From an uncultured virus (IMG/VR IMGVR_UViG_3300037067_024288) (taxonomy: Duplodnaviria; Heunggongvirae; Uroviricota; Caudoviricetes): a stretch of 20,000 nucleotides of DNA. This document shows, in pieces, positions 16,038 to 20,000 of the stretch (within the stretch, counting starts at the first letter, position 1; each line of letters opens with the position of its first letter). Made by a program: the position numbers and the translations under genes. Location of the stretch: IMG/VR virus record IMGVR_UViG_3300037067_024288. One strand, given 5' to 3'. Under the pieces are notes generated by a model. That model was not told where the DNA came from. It worked only from the letters and a program-made list of their open reading frames with translations, and did not search any database.

Positions 16038-16629
16038 CTTTTTTATTTATTAATTCATCATTCCACGATTTATTATTTAAAAATGTTTCTGGATTTTTTC
16101 TGTATTGTTTATCAGGCTGAGCAATCTTATATTTCGGAATATATTCAAAAATAAGTTTCTTTTCTGATTCTGGAAGTTTATTCCATTTATTTATCAGCTT
16201 TTCATTATATCCTACCTTTTTATCATATAAGTTCCAAAACTCATCAAATGATATTTTATCAGGTGACATTTCTATCGTATTTTTGATTGTCTTACCACGT
16301 GTCTTTTTGTCAACATTGTACCCTATATATAACTCATATTCACAAATTGTTATAATGCTATATTTGTTTGTCGATTTTATTGTCACATCATTTGTTTGTA
16401 TCATCCTTGTTAAACATGTTCTAATTGATCTATCAGAAATACATGTTTCTTTTTTTAATGCTTTATTTGTTGTAATTAATTGGCCTCTTTTAATTTCAAT
16501 ACCATTAATTGTTTCATCTTCAGTATTGGCATTGATAAACAGATGAATAAATAATTGAATAGTATATGGTTTAGTATACCAATTTCTATCTTTGAGTAAT
16601 TTTAATGGGTTAATTTTAAAATTTTTCAT
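15922..16629 (-). CDS. Phage replication initiator / replisome organizer
   Basis: N-terminal wHTH (LFIHLFINAN, IKRGQLITT, ISDRSIRTCL, TNKYSIITICEY). C-terminal FDEFWNLYDKKVG...YRKNPETFLNNKSWNDE domain. Confidence 0.75.
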   Translation of the reverse strand: MKNFKINPLKLLKDRNWYTKPYTIQLFIHLFINANTEDETINGIEIKRGQLITTNKALKKETCISDRSIRTCLTRMIQTNDVTIKSTNKYSIITICEYELYIGYNVDKKTRGKTIKNTIEMSPDKISFDEFWNLYDKKVGYNEKLINKWNKLPESEKKLIFEYIPKYKIAQPDKQYRKNPETFLNNKSWNDELINKKDGFKQKFTSKNPATSDTELATNIAEGINRGIRDKHIQR

Positions 16630-17129
16630 TAATTAATTCTATATAATTCAAAATGAATCCCATCAATTTCATAAGAATAAGTGTATAAACTTAAATGGAA
16701 TAAGTCATTAGTTAAAATAATAGGTAAATATTTAAATTCATTATTTAAATTTATTGATTTCCCTATCAAACAAATGTTTAATCTGAAATTATATATTTTT
16801 CTTAACATTAAATAATCATAAATACCTTTACAATATCCAATGGCTTGTAAAAATGATCTAATATCAATAGTGTTTTGTTTTAATTCATACACTGTTATAT
16901 AATGATTGTATTCTTTATACATTTCAAACGATCTTTTTCCTTCAATCACATCTATTAGAGTAAATTCATCATCTTTTACAGTGGATCTACTTATTAAATC
17001 AGCCCTACCATAATTACCAATTGAAACTTGCCTTTTTTTAATACCATCAATATCAAGTCCCCGCTTTCTTAAATCTTCATTCTTTGAAATGAAAATAATA
17101 TCTTCTAAATCTTTTTCTAAAAAATCCAT
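16629..17129 (-). CDS. PD-(D/E)XK nuclease-fold protein (NucS C-terminal-like)
   Basis: LEKDLEDII, RQV...YGRADLI, VYELK, QAIGY: E...D...ExK...QxxxY series. Confidence 0.65.
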   Translation of the reverse strand: MDFLEKDLEDIIFISKNEDLRKRGLDIDGIKKRQVSIGNYGRADLISRSTVKDDEFTLIDVIEGKRSFEMYKEYNHYITVYELKQNTIDIRSFLQAIGYCKGIYDYLMLRKIYNFRLNICLIGKSINLNNEFKYLPIILTNDLFHLSLYTYSYEIDGIHFELYRIN

Positions 17130-17189
17130 TTTATTGATATTATTTAAGTTAAATATTTATTTTTGATATCCATGAGTAGAGAAATGCAA

Positions 17190-17687
17190 TTACCAGACAT
17201 CTATAATATCTCCTTTTTCGTTAATTTGACAGTGACATTTAAGCAATCCTTGGTTAGTTCTACCAAACCCTTCATGATGATATGTTCTCTCGAAATTTAT
17301 AGCCCAAATCTCGAAATTAAAGGGTAAAATATCACATGGGTATAATCTCATTATTTTCTTTACCAATCCTGGGCTTGTATTATGTTTAAAATTTAAAGGA
17401 TAATCATTTTTTACTGTTTTTAAATAGATCCACCAACCTCCAAAAAGCCAAGAATCATTATAAAATACCCATATATATGCAGGTTTAATATATACATGTC
17501 TTCTTTTATAACGAATATTGCACTCTTGTATTGCTTTCTTTTTTGCAAAGATATCTTTATATGTAACTGGCTTCCAATCTGGTTTTAAATCGAATCCACA
17601 GCCGTTATTTGTTAAATAAGCTATTTCTCGTGGTAAATCTATTTTCCACCAAGATTTTGCAGCTGATCTTGACATTATAGTTGACAT
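17190..17687 (-). CDS. Hypothetical Trp-rich phage protein
   Basis: 165-aa ORF in operon. Confidence 0.65.
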   Translation of the reverse strand: MSTIMSRSAAKSWWKIDLPREIAYLTNNGCGFDLKPDWKPVTYKDIFAKKKAIQECNIRYKRRHVYIKPAYIWVFYNDSWLFGGWWIYLKTVKNDYPLNFKHNTSPGLVKKIMRLYPCDILPFNFEIWAINFERTYHHEGFGRTNQGLLKCHCQINEKGDIIDVW

Positions 17688-17692
17688 AAATA

Positions 17693-17830
17693 TTATTTTT
17701 TTCTATTATTCAAAGCCTTGTCAATCATAGAATGCAACTCTTTAATTAAGTCCTCAGATTCTCCTTTACCAAACTCACTTTTTAGAGTTGCAAGCAGTGT
17801 ACTACCTTTGGTTATATCTTCAGCTTTCAT
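17693..17830 (-). CDS. 45-aa hypothetical protein (not in ORF track)
   Basis: MKAEDITKGSTLLATLKSEFGKGESEDLIKELHSMIDKALNNRKK. ATGA overlap with the HNH-AP2 stop; fills the gap exactly. Confidence 0.55.
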   Translation of the reverse strand: MKAEDITKGSTLLATLKSEFGKGESEDLIKELHSMIDKALNNRKK

Positions 17831-18459
17831 CTAGGATATATTTTAATGTCAATATATTTTTCTTCTGCTGCTTTTCTTGCATTGATTGCATCATTTATAT
17901 TATTAAAATAACCTAATTTTATAAATTTATAATTAACTGTTATATAAGCTTCCCATTTATTATAATTTTTATAAAAACTAACCCCAACGCATCCTGAAGT
18001 ATTAGTTTTTCTAATATAATTATTATGCCCGTTTTGAGATATAGTTATCAATCTCAAATTAGATTGTCTATTATTTAATTTATTTCTATCATAATGATCA
18101 ATTTCTTTTTTATGCCCAAATACACCCAATATTAATTGATGTACATAACATGTAATAGCTAATGATTTCGTATGAACATAACCGTTTTTAGTTAATCCCC
18201 ATTTATATTTTTTTATAACATCAAAATCTATTAAATCTATAATTAAAAAACCTTTTATATTAAAATCTTTATCAAATAATGTAATTTCTACTACATCCCC
18301 AATTATTTTATAAGGATTCGGATCTTTATGCGTTCTTTCTAAAATATGTCCACATTTATAAATTTGACGTCTATGTTTCAAACATAAATAATCACTATAT
18401 ATTTTATTAAAATATACTCTATATTCACCTTGACAAATAGAACATTTTTTATTTTTCAT
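17827..18459 (-). CDS. HNH homing endonuclease with AP2 domain
   Basis: N-terminal CxxC...CxxH, then IDHYDRNKLNNRQSNLR (HNH_3), then NTSGCVGVSF...WEAYI...LGYF...AINARKAAE (AP2). Confidence 0.9.
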   Translation of the reverse strand: MKNKKCSICQGEYRVYFNKIYSDYLCLKHRRQIYKCGHILERTHKDPNPYKIIGDVVEITLFDKDFNIKGFLIIDLIDFDVIKKYKWGLTKNGYVHTKSLAITCYVHQLILGVFGHKKEIDHYDRNKLNNRQSNLRLITISQNGHNNYIRKTNTSGCVGVSFYKNYNKWEAYITVNYKFIKLGYFNNINDAINARKAAEEKYIDIKIYPR

Positions 18460-18742
18460 GATTTATTTTATTTTCATCCAAAATCTTTTTTAGAATGATA
18501 CAATCGTTAAAACGTTCTTCTTTGATAGCCAATTCCAGCTTTTGCTGAATGGTTAATACGAAAAACTTTTCAATATCTTCAATATTCTCTCCGTTAATCT
18601 TAAAATCAACAATATAGCCTTGTGATTCCAAGAGAAATTTAGAAAATAATCCGGCTGCAACCCCTATTATAGAGGTAGCTTCCTTTAAAGCCCGTTTCTT
18701 TTCTTCAGGAGTTAATCTGGAAAATGCTGATTTTTTGCTCAT
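18449..18742 (-). CDS. Hypothetical protein with C-terminal UVR (UvrB/C)-like motif
   Basis: QQKLELAIKEERFNDCIILKKIL resembles the UVR coiled-coil motif. Confidence 0.55.
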   Translation of the reverse strand: MSKKSAFSRLTPEEKKRALKEATSIIGVAAGLFSKFLLESQGYIVDFKINGENIEDIEKFFVLTIQQKLELAIKEERFNDCIILKKILDENKINHEK

Positions 18743-18897
18743 CTAAGTTCAATTAGAAACGCTTCTGCCTGATCTCTCTCTGACAAATCAACATGGACCT
18801 GTTTAAGAGGATGTCCTATATAATTAGTGTTATTTTTTGAACACGAATCAAAGAATGAATCAAGTTCTAATTCTGATTTAATGACAAATTTTTGCAT
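18739..18897 (-). CDS. 52-aa hypothetical protein (not in ORF track)
   Basis: MQKFVIKSELELDSFFDSCSKNNTNYIGHPLKQVHVDLSERDQAEAFLIELR; ATGA overlap with the next start. Confidence 0.55.
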   Translation of the reverse strand: MQKFVIKSELELDSFFDSCSKNNTNYIGHPLKQVHVDLSERDQAEAFLIELR

Positions 18898-18976
18898 ATT
18901 AAAATCAATTAATTAAAATCTTTGGTATCGCGGGTTCTGACGTACTAATTGTGTCTGAAGGCGAGAGTCTTTACGG

Positions 18977-19312
18977 CTAAAAAATCGTAATGAAGCCATT
19001 CCATAATTTAGCAAATTCATTAATTAATGTTTGTCCCTCATTTTTACTCATTAAAATAGGATGTACACTTGTAAAACAATTTCCACAGGGAAAATAAGGG
19101 TGTAATGTGTATATATCAATACCTTCGTGCCTTACTTTTGAAATCTTCCCAATAAATAAGTTTTTATAATGGAAAGTTCTCATCCACCTGCCTTGTTTGT
19201 CATAATCATTCGTTTCAGAATATCGACATTTTATAGAAATACCGACAGTTAAAAGCGTGTTATACTCCAGTTTTGTCGTATCTTGTTGATAATTTTGTTT
19301 TTGATTTTCCAT
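18977..19312 (-). CDS. Hypothetical protein, first gene of the leftward operon
   Basis: ATG at 19312 (the track uses TTG at 19324), just downstream of a consensus promoter. Confidence 0.6.
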   Translation of the reverse strand: MENQKQNYQQDTTKLEYNTLLTVGISIKCRYSETNDYDKQGRWMRTFHYKNLFIGKISKVRHEGIDIYTLHPYFPCGNCFTSVHPILMSKNEGQTLINEFAKLWNGFITIF

Positions 19313-19342
19313 TTCGCTTTTCAATAATTAATTGACATTCCC

Positions 19343-19373
19343 CAAACCTAAAAAAAAGAATTAATATACCAAA
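19343..19373 (-). promoter_or_regulatory. Consensus Bacteroidota promoter driving the leftward operon
   Basis: Minus strand reads TTTG (19373-19370), 19-nt spacer, TAGGTTTG (19350-19343): exact TTTG-N19-TAnnTTTG. Confidence 0.75.
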
Positions 19374-19467
19374 CATCTTCGTCAAAATATAAAAATCGTT
19401 TGTCAAAAATTAATTGTAAATACCGTTTTTATTTGTTTAATTTGATGTAAACTAATTTATAATCATT

Positions 19468-19785
19468 ATGAAACAAGCATTTAGACATGGGGAAATCGGT
19501 TTTATAAAGATAGATTCAATCCCAAAAGATTTAACACCATCCACTTCAAATATTATTGTTGAAGGGTCGCATGGTAATTCACATTCTTTTAAAGGAGGTA
19601 TTTTTTATCCGAAAACTGATAATTATATAATCGGATATTTTAAAGCTGAAAATACTATTCTTTTACATGCAGATCATGGCGATACAGAAGGTCCAATAAA
19701 AGAAGCTAAACTTCCTGACGGATTTTATGAAATTCGTAAGCAAAAAGAATTTATTAACGATGAATTAAAACCTGTAATTGACTGA
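19468..19785 (+). CDS. Conserved His-motif phage protein
   Basis: RHGEI...VEGSHGNSH...LLHADHG...LPDGFYEIRKQKE pattern; function unknown. Confidence 0.7.
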   Translation: MKQAFRHGEIGFIKIDSIPKDLTPSTSNIIVEGSHGNSHSFKGGIFYPKTDNYIIGYFKAENTILLHADHGDTEGPIKEAKLPDGFYEIRKQKEFINDELKPVID

Positions 19786-19787
19786 TT

Positions 19788-20000
19788 ATGAAAACATATA
19801 AAGGAAATATAGAAGTAACCACTGAAAATTCAGATAAGTGGAATAAAAAGATACAATATTATACTCAAGTATCCGGCGACATCAGGGTCTATCAGGGCGC
19901 AACCCTCACATGCCCGAATTTAAGCGAAGTATCCGGCTACATCTGGGTCTATCAGGGCGCAACCCTCACATGCCCGAATTTAACAAAATCCGGCTACATC
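19788..20000 (+). CDS. Tandem-repeat (LRR/receptor-L-like beta-solenoid) protein, 3'-truncated (not in ORF track)
   Basis: Open frame from ATG 19788: MKTYKGNIEVTTENSDKWNKKIQYYTQV-SGDIRVYQGATLTCPNLSEV-SGYIWVYQGATLTCPNLTK-SGYI... Confidence 0.75.
   Translation, partial: MKTYKGNIEVTTENSDKWNKKIQYYTQVSGDIRVYQGATLTCPNLSEVSGYIWVYQGATLTCPNLTKSGYI
19867..20000 (+). repeat. Near-identical 60/57-bp in-frame tandem repeat
   Basis: 19867-19923 and 19927-19983 differ at two positions only (19878 G vs 19938 T; 19884 A vs 19944 T). The third unit begins 57 bp after the second. Confidence 0.95.

Noticed and set aside
10818..16546. Shadow ORFs 10818-11099, 13791-13979, 14969-15211, 15854-16120, 16283-16546
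   Set aside because: Nested in or antisense to supported operon genes, with no independent signals.
19236..19270. ACCGACAGTTAAAAGCGTGTTATAC as an attC-like cassette boundary
   Set aside because: Only loosely resembles Bacteroidota attC-like repeats; no complementary arm or second copy was found.
19413..19444. Rightward Bacteroidota promoter (TTG...TTAATTTG)
   Set aside because: The -7 box lacks the conserved TA. A promoter is likely somewhere here but cannot be placed confidently.
19867..20000. The 60-bp repeats as a CRISPR array
   Set aside because: No unique spacers, and the units are in-frame coding repeats.

Overview
AT-rich, gene-dense fragment that reads as a Bacteroidota (pro)phage genome. 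The host assignment rests on TTTG-N19-TAnnTTTG promoters, start codons without Shine-Dalgarno sites and a Gln at +1 after a signal peptide. No integrase, structural, lysis, tRNA or cas genes are visible. 1-6905 (+): glycan-modification cluster with two GT11 alpha-1,2-fucosyltransferase-like genes, an FkbM/GT47 fusion, a Methyltransf_24 protein, a sugar O-methyltransferase, a GT34-like and a GT2 gene, plus an embedded NPPF DNA methyltransferase. 6938-8572 (+): separately promoted unit encoding small membrane proteins, an outer-membrane beta-barrel-like protein, a degenerate GT11 and HU. It ends in a solitary type I-C-like CRISPR repeat abutting the HU stop codon, then 39 nt, then a terminator. 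This is the top finding: a candidate RNA anti-CRISPR (Racr/SRU) or a single-guide mini-array. 8814-19373 (-): long early replication/recombination operon (HNH-AP2, PD-(D/E)XK nuclease, replication initiator, ECF sigma, DUF5131, HNH, YopX, YqaJ, NUDIX, putative annealing protein). 19468-20000 (+): a His-motif protein and the start of a GC-rich 60-bp tandem-repeat gene whose variation resembles a DGR target. All family calls come from motif recognition, not database searches.
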